A stretch of 64,000 nt of DNA, taken from assembly GCA_030265395.1 (NCBI GenBank), contig JARFYF010000050.1, positions 19,182,044 to 19,246,043 on the forward strand, given 5' to 3'. Both the position numbers and the translations under genes were made by a program. Below are positions 1 through 13,378 of the stretch, piece after piece (within the stretch, counting starts at the first letter, position 1; each line of letters begins with the position of its first letter). This DNA comes from Rhina ancylostomus (lineage: Eukaryota). Below the pieces are notes generated by a model. The model ran no database searches and was not told the origin of the DNA. It saw only the letters and a program-made list of their open reading frames with translations.

Positions 1-964
1 AGAATTCTAATGTGTCAAATCCCAAGTTTGCTGAATATAACTCATTATTACTAAATCCTATTCAATATTATTCCAGGATATCAAGTTGCTCCTTACTCAT
101 TCCCATTATGTAAATTCTAATTCACCAAATCACTTCCAGCTGATGAACTGAATGAATGTTTTATTGGCGCTCTATTAATAAAGCTATAAACAGAGTATGT
201 TGACAGTTTGAGCGTGTCACAGAATGCAGAAGAGAGGGCTACGTCTATCTGATATTAATGTTGTTTTGTTTGAAACTGACATCTTTGCCATTATTTTTAA
301 CATCAAAACCTTTTTGAAGGCCATGTCCTACTCCTAATACAGATGCAAAACAGAGGCTGCTCAGTTTTACAGAGGCTGCAAAACTCACACCTGCAGATGC
401 TGTTTTTTTCTGGACCTTGGGTTCCTCATTGATTTCAAGATGGTGACAACTGCTCGATGCAAGTGTATTGTGCTGCCATATTGGTGAGGGTGTTGTATGT
501 GATTCCATTGGGCATATCAAGGGAACAAAATGGGCAGTTCATGATACCAGTTGGCCTGCAATAATCCCAGCACTGCCAAACTGGTCCTCAATGATTTAAA
601 TTAATTCCATCCCTTAACTCAATACTATTGAATATCTTTTCAGCCACAGGAAAGTTCTCTATCACTGCTTAATTATTTACAGGTTACCTGTTGATTGATT
701 TCCACTAGCTGTTGCAAGTGCTCTGTAGAGGTTTGGTGCTTTCTAAATTGACTATAGTCTGCAGGAAATGTCAAGTTGGGTGCTGAAAGACTTTGCCTTG
801 ACATCAAGCTACAGAAGGCATTGAAAATTTTTGATCAAATAAAATATCAATTATTAATACCCATTGAAAATCAAGCTTCTCTGCAAGTTAATGACTTGTT
901 AACAATGGAGTGTGGCAGGACCAGGCAAACAGTAGAACCTTTTACATGAAGGATAGGTAGGTGA

Positions 965-1136
965 GGAGAATTCAAAAGGTTCACTGTCCTCTGGGTGAAG
1001 AAATTTCTTCTTATCTCTGTCCTGAGTGACTGACCCGAATTTTGAGACTGAGATCCCCTGAATGCACACAACCCAGTTGGGAAATATCAACCCCTGGATA
1101 AGAGGAATATCATCAACCCTGTGAAGCCCCTTAAAA
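965..1136 (-). mobile_element. CR1 LINE, degenerate ORF2 C-terminal fragment
   Basis: Minus-strand translation LRTEIRRNFFTQRTVNLLNS resembles the CR1 ORF2 end motif (RNFFTQRVVNLWNSL). Confidence 0.8.
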
Positions 1137-3741
1137 GGGAGAGGTTGTAGATATGTACTCTTCCAAGAGTACTTTTCATTCTTTTGTGTGAAAGAGCAGC
1201 AGACAGAGTGCAGATGTGGCTTGGTGAGGACTGTAGTTTCCATAATGCAGAATGCCATCCACTGTACGCACTTTGCTCTGTGATTATTATATGTCAGCTT
1301 GGGGTTGGACCAAACTAGGAAGGATTCTCCTCCCTCAGTACCCAGTTGTCACATGACCAAATTGGTCAATGCACAGTTTATTGCCAATAATCACTATGCC
1401 TTCCGTTTTTTAGTAGTTTGCTTCCAGTTGCATTTGAACCACCACAACAAACCAAAGCATGACTCTTGACTCTGATGTGCAAATGCAAATCACACCCATA
1501 TACATAATATGTATTTAACAAAAGCCATGCTGCCATGCACAAAATGGTAGAAGAAACCATTACTGTGTTCAACTGTGACTGCAGTGCTTGGATTGTTGAA
1601 GAGGTGTCCTGCAGAACTTGGTAGAATGGGAAAAGATTTGTGATAGTCTCCTCTAAGCTGCCAACTGAGAGACTGCATTCCCTCAAACTCAAAGCCTCCT
1701 CTTGGGCACTTAGGCCAAGAAGAGAGCCATAGGTTAAATAAACATGCGCCTTATTTTCCTTTCATGGAAGATGTGGGCCCTTGCAATAGCCCATTAGCTC
1801 TACCATCACTCTGGTCACATATGAAGATTGGAAGCAACATATTTTTGTTTGACAAAAGCAGTAAAATGGTGTCACATTATCGATATACTCCAATAGTTTG
1901 GAGCACAAAACTCAGAGAGTTCATCTGGGAAAGAGTTGCACCTGGAAAACCTGTATGTGTCTAGTGGGAGTAGCTGGGTCAGTGATGTCAGTGATAAGAA
2001 CACTCAAAGTATGTTTTGTCTACCCTGCTACTTTTTAACATTTTCACATGCATCATCTCTAAACTGGCTGAGACTGCCCACAGGCACTGAGAATTAACCA
2101 AAACCAGATGTTGGTCAAGAATAGTGAAACAAATGAGATATATGGAATGGTTTCTGGGGATTTGAATCTGTCAATGCAATTGATTAGCTTTGGAGCAGAA
2201 GTGCAGCATTCCAGCAACTATCCTTCATTTGCTATGTTACTGCATATTGAGAAGCTAATTTAAAATCTTGGCAGAAGGCCTGGCATTTGCTAATCTATAA
2301 ATGATGTTCCAAAGTCGTACAATATTAACATCTTGAAAGCAAATACTTGCATGTCACTTTGTAAGATATTGTTAAAAAAATGAAAGTGCTGGACACACGG
2401 GAAGGTTAGGCAGGAACAGAGTTGACGGCTGAATCTTCCTGATCTGGGCTTACCACTTGGAATTGTGGCCTGTGTTTGCTGGCCTGAAGTGTCCTGGACT
2501 CCAGTGGCACGGCCTGAACAGCTGCAANNNNNNNNNNNNNNNNNNNNNNNNNNNNNNNNNNNNNNNNNNNNNNNNNNNNNNNNNNNNNNNNNNNNNNNNN
2601 NNNNNNNNNNNNNNNNNNNNNNNNNNNGCAAGGGCACCTGTTGAGCACTGTAGAAGATCCTTACATGAAGTGTCCAGAAAGTGTCACAAACTGGCTAAGC
2701 CCTGATTCTAGTTTTGCTGACAATACAAATTATCAGGCATTTTTAATAGTCTCTGAATGCTGGTGACATTTAAAAACTAAAGGCCTGATTTTGTTAAACT
2801 TTATTATAATATTGATTGGAACTCTGAGGTAGCCATTAAGGTAAACTTGGGTTTACTTTGTCATTCTATGAATTCATTGGGAAATATTTTATTGCAGACA
2901 TTTAAAAAATAAAGAAAATGTGAAGTTATGTGAAAACATCTGAAATACATAAATAATTAAAAACATTAAACAGATAGAGTTAAAAGAGTGAACAAAGCTT
3001 CCCCTTTACTTGAAATTAGCTGGGTCTCAGTCCTGCAGCAGGTCTAACCTAGTGCAAGATCTGAAAGAAGATATCCCCACATATTGTAACTGTTGGGAAT
3101 TTCAGCAGGATGGACCTCTACCAGTGGACTCCAGCAAGGAAGTGCTTTGAGAAATTTGGCACCATCAGTCACTTCGTAAATTTGAGACTTCATGCTTGAA
3201 AACATATGGAAGTCTCAGACTTGCTGCTATTGGAACAACCATCATTTGCCAATGAGGCCCAGTCCAAGATCGACAGCCTTCTATATGTGGAAGGACAACT
3301 GTGTGACATATTTTAACTTCTGACTTCCAGTATCTGAACAGTTTTTCTTTCATGTCGGTGTAAAATTTAATCTCTTTTGTGACCAGCAGATCTTTTTAAG
3401 ATCATTGGATGTAGCAGCTTATGACCAAAGGTGTTAACATGTGTTTCATTTGGCAAGCTTGAAATGGCCATTGCAGCAGCAAGCAGCTTCAGTGAATAAG
3501 TTTGAGAGATGGGACCTGCCTGATGGGAGAATCAAAAATGAGAAGAAACAAATGGTTGTGGAAGGTGAGGATGCTCATCTGTAAGAACAACAAATGGTCA
3601 TTTTGCTTGAACTGCCATCAGATCTTGGTTATTGCAAGTATTGCAGAGGCAGGGAGATATTAACCTCCTTTAATTCCACAATGAAGATTCTATAATGTGA
3701 AAGTGGACAGCCGTGCACCTCTGCATTGTTATGGAGGGATG

Positions 3742-4010
3742 GGCAGGCATGGTAGTGCAGTGGTTAGCATAACGCTATTGCAGCACCAGCGACCCGGGTT
3801 CAATGTAAGGAGTTTGTACCTTCTCCCCGTGTCTGCGTGGGTTTCCTCCCACATTCCGATGACATAAGAGTTAGGAAGTTGTGGGCATGCTGTGTTGGCG
3901 CTGGAAGCGTGGCGACACTTGCAGGCTGCCCCCAGAACACTCTACGCAAAAAGATGCATTTCACGGTGTGTTTTGATGTACATGTGACTAATAAACATAT
4001 CTTATCTTAT
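3742..4010 (+). mobile_element. tRNA-derived V-domain SINE with Rex1-like 3' tail
   Basis: A-box-like tggtagtgcagtgg, truncated B-box gggttcaat, V-domain ggagtttgtaccttctccccgtgtctgcgtgggtttcctcc, tail atgtgactaataaa plus (tctta)n. Retains several CpGs. Confidence 0.88.
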
Positions 4011-5935
4011 GTATTAACATGCAAAGGAGCATAGAACAAGTGGAATTTCTGCACTGATTTTAAGCACAGTTCTAAAGTAAGCAGGGAGTGTCACTGTTAA
4101 ATTTGATGTTCTGGGGATCATTTTGAGGGATCACTGTGAGCTGGGCTAAGCCATAATGTGTCTTATTGGATAGTGTTCAGCTGATAAGCCCAGCAGTGGG
4201 GAATAAGCACAGGTTCACACTCCAGCTATTGTGGAGTCATTGCATAACCCTGCATCTAGAGACCATGACCACCCCAGTGAAGTAAGCAGAATAATATTGA
4301 CGCTTATGGCAAAATATAATTTATGTAATAAACATTGAAATTTTCTTCATCTCCAATACAAAGCCAAATGGATAATTAACTGAGTTATTTATAAGCTTCT
4401 AATCAAAAGTTAACTTTTTATGTAGTTTAAGCAAGATCAGGCTGAACTTTCTGGCAATTAGCCATCTGCACTGAATTAAATCTTGGACTTACAAAAACCT
4501 GCTGGAACCCTGCATCAAATCAGGAAGTCTGCCTTTCAGATCTGACATTAGTCAGAACTGGCGTAGGATCAGAGATCCCATTCATTCGATGGGGATTCCA
4601 GCCCAGGGAATTGCGAACACATATGAAGTTTTGATATTTATTTAAAGGTAGTTTTATTGATTTATTAGTGATTTGATGTAATTCAAATGAACTTTTTTCT
4701 GTTAATTCAATGCCTATGTTTAATTTTATTTAGATCAATATTAGTGTTTTTATAGGTCTCTGAATGTTATACATTTAAGGATTGTTAAGTGTTTTGTTAG
4801 CTTTGTTAGAAGATCAAAGGTCCTCTCCAGTCAAAGGCTGTCAGGACATTCCAGAGACAAGGCTCAAGACTATGCTGCTTGAGGTTTTATTATACAGTAT
4901 CTCCCAGGCTGCCACTGAGGTCAGGAGGCTCAGAGAGGTTTCACCTGTCATCCATACTGGGGAAATGCAGGTAAGTGGTGAAGAATGGGAGAGCACGGAT
5001 CCAGTGCAACTTGGCCTGATTTTGTTCAACTTTATTCAAGCATCAACCAACATTCTCAGCTATTAAGATAAACTTGGATTTATCTCATCCTTCTATACAT
5101 TTATCAGGAAACGCTTTGTTTCTATTCCAGGAATCATTCTATTTGTTATTGGTAACCAATGAGCTCAAGGAAGACCTGACGATGAATCTCCTGAGCTTAG
5201 GTGACATGCTGGTGTTTCTCTGAACTCCAGCTAGAGATTCAATTGGTAAATTCATTCTGTCTGCAAGGGGCAAAATAGATGAAAAATAAATGAGGACGGA
5301 GTGAAGTAATAAGATAATCAATCAACCAGCAGCCTTGAGCCACTTTGGAGAAAAGGATACACATCCTCCAGTTCTATCAGGTACAGACTAAAGATATTGC
5401 AGACAAAAATAGCACCACTGACTTCTAAATCATGCTTACACTGATTACCTCCAAAGAACAATAGCAATAACAGGCCCACTGGACTTCTCTTAAATATATG
5501 TAAATAATTGTTGTAGGCTATTGATTAAATGCCATCATTGTTATTATTTACCCTTGTACGAGCTGTTATAATCAACCTTCGACATTACTGCAGATGTTTG
5601 GGTTTCAGTGCAGACCTTTCAAGATTCAAACTGACAATGTCAATCTCCCACTTAAGTCAAGGGAAAAGTGCATAAGAAGGCTTGATAATTTAGGGACTTA
5701 ATCTGTTAAGCAGAACCAATTATTTATGTTAAAGTTTCATACTTTTTATCTTGAGAATATAGGGATAAATTCTGGCACTTGGACCTCAGATGAAAAGTCA
5801 GGGGGTCCTGTTGATCTGCTGTTCAGGAGATATTCAGGGCAGTTTATATCCAATTTAAGAACCGAGCCTCATTAGCATCAGGGAGGCAAGATGAGATGGC
5901 ATTACATTTCTGAAAGAGTACCTGCTGTGACTCAC

Positions 5936-6240
5936 GGAGTCGTGGAGTAATACAGGGCCTTCAGCCCCACTTGTCCATGCTGACAAAGGTGTGCACCTAA
6001 GCTAGTCCCATTGGCCCACATTTGGCCTCTAAATCTTTCCTATCCGTATACTTATCCAAATTTCTCTTAAATGTTTTTTATTGTACTTGCTTCATCTACT
6101 TACTCTGGCAGCTCATTCCATATATACACCACTCTCTGTGTGAGGAAGTTGCCCCTCAGGTCCCTTTTAAACCTTTCCCCTCTCATCTTCAGCTTTTGCC
6201 CTCCAGTTTTTGATTCCCTTTCCCTGAGAAAAACCTTCTG
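5936..6240 (-). mobile_element. CR1 LINE 3' end
   Basis: Reverse-complement CR1 ORF2 end and 3'UTR (ctcattccata...caccactctctgtgtgaggaagttgcccctcagg; ggccttcagcccc). Confidence 0.85.
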
Positions 6241-6289
6241 CCCCACCACTTGCTGATATCCAGTTCAATCCTAAGATCTGTTTTTTTTA

Positions 6290-7530
6290 AAATTCATTTT
6301 TTTGAGATATAGACATCACTGTCTAGGTTAACTTTTTTTTGCTCATCCTCACTGCCCTGAGAAGATGCTGGTAATCGAACTTGTTGAATTAAGTTCAGTC
6401 CTTTTGGTGAAGGTTCTCCCACAATGCTGTTGGGTAAGGAGCTCCAGGATTTCAATCCAGCCGCAATGAAGGAACAACCTTCACTGACAATTCCAAGTCA
6501 GGATGGTGTATAGCTTGGAGGAGAACCTGTAGATGGTGGTATTCTCATATCCGTGATGACCGAGTACTTCTTGGTGGTAGAGTCAAGAGGTTGGGAAATG
6601 CTATCAGAGTGGTTTAGGTCAGTAACAGCAAGGCATTTTGTACCTGCCATACACATCATCCACAGTGCGACAGTAGTGAGAGAATGGATACTTTAATGGT
6701 GAATGCATCGTCCTGGACAGTCTTGAGCTTCTTGATGGAGGTAATGTCATTGAATGTCAAAGGCCAGTGGTGAAACTCTCTCTTTTTGGAGATGCTCAGT
6801 GCCTGGCATTTGTGTGACGGAAATATTACTTGTCACTTATTGGCCCATGCCTGAATATTATCGAGGTCCTGTTGCAGGCACATAAGACAAGTTCGCTTGT
6901 TGACGAATGGTGAGTAGAACTGAATATTGTGCAATTATTAGAGAGTAACTCCACTTCAGTTGTAATAATGGAAGGAAAGTCATTGATGGAACAGCTGAAG
7001 ATGGTTAGGCCGAGGACACAACCCCAAGGAGCTCCTGCAGTGATGTTCTGGGGGTTGGATGTTTGATTTCCAAAAACAATATCTGTTTTCCTCCATGCAA
7101 GGCATGACTCCTGCCTTTCAAGTGTTTCTCCCTTGATGCCCATCGACTTCATTTTTATCAGGGCGCTTTGATACCACAGTTGTCAAATGCTGCCTTGATA
7201 TCAAGGACACCTCTGACATTCAGATTTTTGATGCATGTTTCAATAAAAGCTGGAATGAGGTCTGGAGCAAATTGGTCTTAGAAATCCAGTCTGGGCATTG
7301 GTGAGCAGGATATTGATACTGTACTGTCAACAACAATTTCCACCCACTCTGTTGATGATTGAAAGTTATTAATGGGATTGGATTTATCCTGGGCAATTCT
7401 CCATATTGCTGGGTAGGTGCCAATATTGTAACTGCTGGGACAGCTTGACCAGAGCAGTGACTCATTCTGGTTTACAAGTCTCCAGTATAGAGCCCGGTTG
7501 TTATCTCTTTCCATAGTTTTTGGATCTAGT
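6290..7530 (-). mobile_element. Decayed non-LTR retrotransposon (CR1/L2 group), RT region through 3' end
   Basis: ORF 6826-7152 has GAPWGCVLGLTIFSCSINDFP..LLSNNCT (decayed GVPQGSVLGP..FINDL..FADD). Upstream is SYNIGTYPAIWRIAQDKSNP. Same family as 55186-56100. Confidence 0.85.
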
Positions 7531-7719
7531 TTTTTCAGCCTGTGACTCATTTTTTTGGACATTGGCCTCTTCAAAGAAGCTTGGCATAATGATAATGGCC
7601 AGTGTGACAGTGGCAAGGGGCAGTGAATTTGTTCACACCATCTGCATTGTTTAATTGTCCTATTTCTGAGCACCACAACCTCAAATAATTCAGTAAGAAC
7701 ACTAACGAAGCAATCACTT

Positions 7720-7895
7720 AAGAGAGTAATTTTTTGCACTATTTGTACTTGCACAATTTTTTGTCTGTGTTTATTGTATGTCCTCCATTCCATGTATATC
7801 CTTTGTTGTGTGAATCTGATGGAAATGACATTTCATTCCTCCATGTATTTTTGTAGCATATGGGTGTATGACAATAAAGTATAACTTGAACTTGA
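7720..7895 (+). mobile_element. LINE 3'UTR remnant (Rex1/Babar-like)
   Basis: TG-rich UTR ending in tgacaataaa followed by (acttga)n. Confidence 0.55.
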
Positions 7896-8000
7896 GTAAG
7901 CCAATAAGTTCATTAATCTTTTGAGAGTTTTGTGTGTTGTGTTTTCCTGAGGACCCTACATCTCAGGTGATATAAATATTAACATCAACAGTTAACGTAC

Positions 8001-8260
8001 ATAGAATGAAATCATAGAACTGTTGTAGCACAGAAGGAGACTGCTGGAACCACTGGGTCCCTGCCAGCTCCTAATAGGGTCTCTTTTCACCACTCTTTCC
8101 CCACAGTTCTGAAAATTACTCACCCTCTAGTGTCTATCTACTTCCCTTCTTCAAGCACTCATTGATTGCTTCCACAGCTCGTAAACACTGTGAATTCTCT
8201 GTAAAAATGCCTTCCTTACATCTCTTGCCCAAAAATGCTAAATCTCCATCCCCTGCTACT
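8001..8260 (-). mobile_element. Old CR1 3' end
   Basis: atagaa..atcatagaa terminal repeat, followed by agcacagaaggag and UTR-like sequence. Confidence 0.65.
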
Positions 8261-9221
8261 TGAATCATTTACGAGCAGAATGAGCATCCCTCAACTTATT
8301 CTGTTCTATCCAGTCAGCTCTGAATAGTGTGGAGGCTTGGAAAGGCGCTGTTTCACTGCTGAATTTCAGTGAGCTATTGCTGAATAGTTTCAACTGCAGG
8401 CAGATGTTTCAACATGCCTGCTTCTTCACCATCCTCTATTTCCCTAGCGTCACCTGCCTTACCTTGCTGAAGGCCCTTGTCCTTGTCAACGATGAGGGTT
8501 TCATTTTAGAGCAAAGTCACGCGGCAAAGCACAAATCACAATTATAAGACACCCTCTGGGCCACTTTACAGAAAGTCACTAGACCTTTTCAGGGAGCAGA
8601 GTCATTGCTTAAGGACTTGGTTTCTCTGCTTCCTGTGCACTTTGGGTGACCCNNNNNNNNNNNNNNNNAGAACACTTTGACTGTGAAATACATAGGTTAC
8701 AGAGAGGAATGAATTAGGATCCAAGAGCAGCAGGAGCAGCTTCTGTTTAGAACAACCAGCCTCTTGTTTGCTGTGCAGGGACAAAATATGGATGTGTTGG
8801 CAGGGGCAAGTGGGGGAGGAATGGTTGAGGGAAGATTGATGCTGTATCAAAGTATCATGACAACTGCTCAGATAATGGGCACAGCGCAGTTCATCACACT
8901 CTAGTTTCACATTAATAGGATGGAAGCTTTTGAGATTCATGAAAGAAATCTGGAAGTCAGAATATTCAAAGCATCTTGCTGGATGGTACTGAGGAGACTC
9001 CCAGTAACCTGCAGTTGCCTGAACTAGCATCTAATCCTGCTGCTTCCAGTTGTTAAGGGGAAAGTGATGGAAACATCTGTCAATGTGCTTATTGCAAACA
9101 TGAACTGCGGAACCATGGCCCTTTGTCACATTTCCTTTTACACCCTGGAGGGAAAGACTGCAATGCTCTTGTCTGAAACAGACAATGCAATAGAAGTTCT
9201 AGGAGTAAACTTCAGGTCTCA

Positions 9222-9318
9222 GTTTCCAGTCCAGATGAAGGGTCTTGACCCAAAACATCGACTGTTCAGTTCCCTCTACAGAGGCAGCCTGACCCACTGA
9301 GCTCCCCCAGCAGCTCTC
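9222..9318 (+). mobile_element. Penelope-like element terminus with degenerate hammerhead ribozyme motif
   Basis: cagtc-CAGATGA-a-gggt-cttg-accc-AAAAC-ATC-gactg, followed by the shared gcctgacc..ctgag..ccagca segment. Confidence 0.75.
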
Positions 9319-11066
9319 AGTCTCCCAGTTTACTTAGTTGTCTCCATAACTGGCCTCTTGGTCTTTACTACTTGTATATTTCAGTTATCAGCAGCAGATT
9401 TGGAGATTGCTTTATTGTCTCTTTCTTCAAGTCATTATCATTCATTAATAACAACATTGTTCATAATAGTCCTTGAGGTTTCCCTCTCTGTGCCAGCCTC
9501 AGTGGGGAAGTGTAATCTCCTTAGGCACTGATCCTCATATGAATACAGAAATGTTTTCCTAGACCAGGAACTCTGGTGGGACATAAGATTTCCTGGAAGC
9601 TAATCCCATTCTACTTTATCTGCCTACAGTGAAAGCACTTCTGGCTCCTTCATTCTTTCACTGCTGCTCTTCCTTCTCCTTGTCCTCGAGCCAGAATGGA
9701 ACTGGCGGAAAAGTCCCAATGCAGAATAAAGTGAGTTGCCTGAGGTCACTGTAGATTTCAGAAGGTAGAAGAAACAATGGAACCAACTAAAATGCCTGCA
9801 ACCACATCAGGAAACTGGAACCAGCACAATGTTGCCCAAACCCTTTCAAATGAGGGCAGGTGACTACCTCTTAAACCAGTCTTGCAATGGCTATGTTTTA
9901 CTGCTCCTGGCTTATTTGCATATTCATTACCATCTGTATGAAAAGGTTTCTGTAAAGCCCTTCGTTTTTAACTGTGTTAAAAGATCTGTGTAATTACAAG
10001 TTGTCACTGTATTTTAACCATGCATTCACCTTTGGAATCTAAACTGGAATCTATGGTCCTTGTTTAACACCCTGAAATGGTCTCTTGGTCCCACATATAT
10101 TCTTTTGAAGATCTGAAAAACCTTTAGGCTCTTGGTTTCTTTCCCCTCAGTGTAACTCTCTCCAATTATTCTTTACGTTCAACCCCATTTACTATCTTTA
10201 TCCTTCATACTGACTTACGGGCCAGGATGCCTCACTGTACAACTGCAAAATTACATACGCCTCAAAATATAGGGGCTTTGCCTAAAATATTTATTATTCG
10301 TTGAGGTTTATTTCTCAAGCTTTATATCCAAAGATTTAATGAGCCTTTCTCCCCACCACCACACATATGGTTAATGGACTCAAAGTACTGGAGATATACC
10401 ACCAACACTAGTGCCACAAGGTCCTCCAAATCCACTAACAGGATAGAGGACCAACAATGGCCAGCATCCTTGGAATTAAGGCTCTAATTACAATCAGCCA
10501 TTTGCAATGGAACAATACTATTTTGTTGTGTTCAGTGATGGCAAGAGATTACCAGGCAGAGTGTAGAAAGATTCAAAGATGAAAAAGTATAACATCTTTC
10601 ACAATATAACAATTTTTGGTCCATGATTGGTCAAAAAGGAGTAAAAACATTTACTAATCTCTTTCAATTTTAAGATTGCTGTACATGCGTCATCCGACTT
10701 TGCCAGTTCAAGCACACTTGAATATTTTCTTTTCTGCTGTCTCTTTTCCTCTTGTAATTTCCTGTGGGCTGTGTGCCAATGGTTTTGCTTAAGTCTATAT
10801 GTATTAAATTTACATAGTTCTCCTTGTCACTTAAGTCTGTTTTACCATCAATTTCATCATTTCATTAGAAGGGTATGCCAGAAACATTTAAAGTAAAATT
10901 TAATTCTTTTTGGGAAGTGAACATTTTCATGTATTTATTACTGTTAACAATCAGATTTATTCTTTAATAGACTTTATCCTTTACAAAAAAGGGACTATTT
11001 ATTGTCTTTAGCATGGATACTTATGTATATGTAAGAAATTATAAAATATTTTATAACTTAACACAA

Positions 11067-11116
11067 ATCTGTTAGCTTGTAAGATCTTTGTATCTGTTAG
11101 CTTGTAAGATCTTTGT
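11067..11116. repeat. Perfect 25-bp tandem duplication
   Basis: atctgttagcttgtaagatctttgt occurs twice head-to-tail. Confidence 0.95.
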
Positions 11117-12360
11117 AATCGATGATATAAAGTACCATACAAATTAGCTAAGATGTCTGAAATACAATTTTATGTCCAGGTTTAACTTTGGATACAAATG
11201 ATAGGAAATGACTTCCTAAATGTTAACATTTCAGCTTCATTGTGACTTGCTGTTGTTATACTTCTTTGCTCCAATATATCTCTTTACCACTATGCAACTC
11301 CTCTGTGAATATGCAGACAAATTAGTTTTACCACAAAAATAGCTTGGTAAAAATTGGAAAAAAATATTCTTTTTATTCCACTCACTGTGGAAAAGTGAGG
11401 TTTGCATTTTCATCGCAGTTCAGTCATTTCTTCAAGAACCTTGGACACAGACCTCAAATGTGTTAATCAGCAGTGTCACAGAAGGGTTCCAACATTGAAG
11501 CACACAATGAACTCATTAGGTCCTTTTTTGGCTCGATGCAAGAGCATTCCATTAAGTCCTATGTCTCTGACCTTTCCCCGGACTTTCTCTTTAGTAGCAG
11601 AATATTGCTTGTTTCTTTATTTTTTTAAAATTTCAAACATCCATATTTTGCAATTATAATGATAGTATAACTATTAGTGTTTCACGTTATTACCCACAAA
11701 ACTGACAGCTTTTGTAACTTGTGCACATATTGTTTACTCTAATATCCTAAATTTGTTGTGAGTTATTCTGCCTTTCTCTGAATCTATTATGCAGCCTTCT
11801 CCACAGAAATCCAGGGAAATTGGTTGAATTGATAACAAACCCAGATTATGAAGTAATCTCACAGTAATATCTTTCTCACAAGGTTCTTTCGAGTGGCATT
11901 TTTAGCCATATTTACAGCTTAGTAAACTCTCTGTTCCAAAACAACTGATTTTAAGGATGTGGACTCTAATATTTCTAAACAAAATAAATAGCTTTGTAAG
12001 AAAATGTTTTCAGCTTCCACACTGATTATTTGTGTAAGTTCCAAACTTTATATGTCCTCAGTTAAGAATTAACTATATTTATTAAAACATATCTCCTCTT
12101 CTTCTTGTTTTGCTGTCTATGAGAATTCTTTACTATGATTGGCTAGTTAATCAGTTGAATGATATTATGGAGGCTGGATGCAAAGACACTAATGAACTGG
12201 TACCTGAAAGCAACAGGCATTAGAAAAGAGAAAGTCCAGCAGAATAGCTCGATAATTTTTGACAGATTTATATGAGACGAGCAGTGAGTAACATCATTCT
12301 GTACTAACTGCAAAATTCAGCCCATTGAGCTAAATTGGACCATATAAAATATTTATGAAG

Positions 12361-13080
12361 TTCAGAGGGATCTGGGTGTTCTAGTGCATGAATCACAAAA
12401 AGTTAGCAGCCAGGTGAAACAAGTAGATAAGAAGGCAATTGGCATGTTGGCCTTTATTGCAAAAGGATAGGAGTTTAAGAGTAGGGAGATTTTGTTACAG
12501 TTGTACAGGGTGTTGGTGAGACCACACCTGGAATACAGTGTACAACTTTGGTCCCTTAAGCTAAAAAGGGAGATAGTAGCATTGGGGGCAGTCCAAAGAT
12601 TCACCAGACTAATTCCTGGGAAGAGAGGGTTGTCCTATCAAGAAAGGCTGGACCGTTTGGATCTGTATTCCTCGGAGTTTAGAAGAATGAGGGGTGATGT
12701 AATTCAAATGTATAAGATCCTGAGGGGGCTTGACATAGTAGATGTTGAGATGTTCTCACTGGTGGGGGAATCATGAACAAGGGGCCATTGCTATAAAATA
12801 AGGCACTGGTCATTTAAAACTGAGGTACGTAGAAGTTTCCCTCTCTCAGAGGGTAGCAAAACTCAGCAATTCTCTGGCCGAGGGGTGTGGAGGCCATAGC
12901 ATCAGATATATTTATGGTGAAGATAGATGGATATTTGAAAGATCAAGGAATTTAGGGTTATGGAGAAATGCCACAGAAGAGGCGCTGAGGCCAGTGTAGA
13001 TCAGCCATGATCATATTGAATGGTAAGGCAGGCTTGAGGAACCTGACAGCCTACTCCTGCTTCTATTTTCTTAAGTTCCT
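12361..13080 (+). mobile_element. 5'-truncated CR1 LINE
   Basis: QRDLGVLVH..LQLYRVLVRPHLEYSVQLWS..RRMRGDVIQMYKILRG, followed by a 3'UTR ending cctactcctgcttctattttctt. Confidence 0.95.
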
Positions 13081-13107
13081 GTATTTATTGTCAGATTCAT
13101 GATGGTA

Positions 13108-13290
13108 TCCACAGGAACTCACTGCCTGCAGGGATAATGGAAACAGAAGCAATCTGTGCCTCTGAAAGGGAATTGGGTAGGCACCTGAGGCAGGATAATT
13201 TGGCAAGACTATTGGGAAAGAGTGGGGGAATAGGACTGATAGACTTGGTTTATGAGGAGCCACCACAGATTCTGCTGTTTGACTGTTAAT
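13108..13290 (+). mobile_element. Old CR1 3' fragment
   Basis: ggaactcactgcctg (WNSLP-like), followed by UTR-like ctattgggaaagagtggggg. Confidence 0.6.
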
Positions 13291-13378
13291 TAGATTTCCA
13301 GATTCATATCTGTTGCTCTCAATATATTTATTCAGACAGACTTCATGCCATGCAGTGCTGAGTGATACAATATACACT

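Noticed and set aside
3742-3805. tRNA gene
   Set aside because: It is a SINE head with a truncated B-box and no complete cloverleaf. The same applies to the head at 17782.
2700-4960. AT-skewed blocks resembling old non-autonomous DNA transposons (also ~20100-20450, ~58600-58800)
   Set aside because: I could not define terminal inverted repeats or target-site duplications by eye, so they are left unannotated.
5131-5223. Possible exon after ttctattccag (ESFYLLLVTNELKEDL...)
   Set aside because: No convincing donor, no recognisable protein and no partner exons.
7278-7793. 171-aa ORF
   Set aside because: Chance read-through joining an antisense LINE tail, unique DNA and decayed LINE RT sequence.
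11067-11116. 25-bp tandem duplication as a functional signal
   Set aside because: Ordinary slippage or possible assembly artefact; listed as a feature only.
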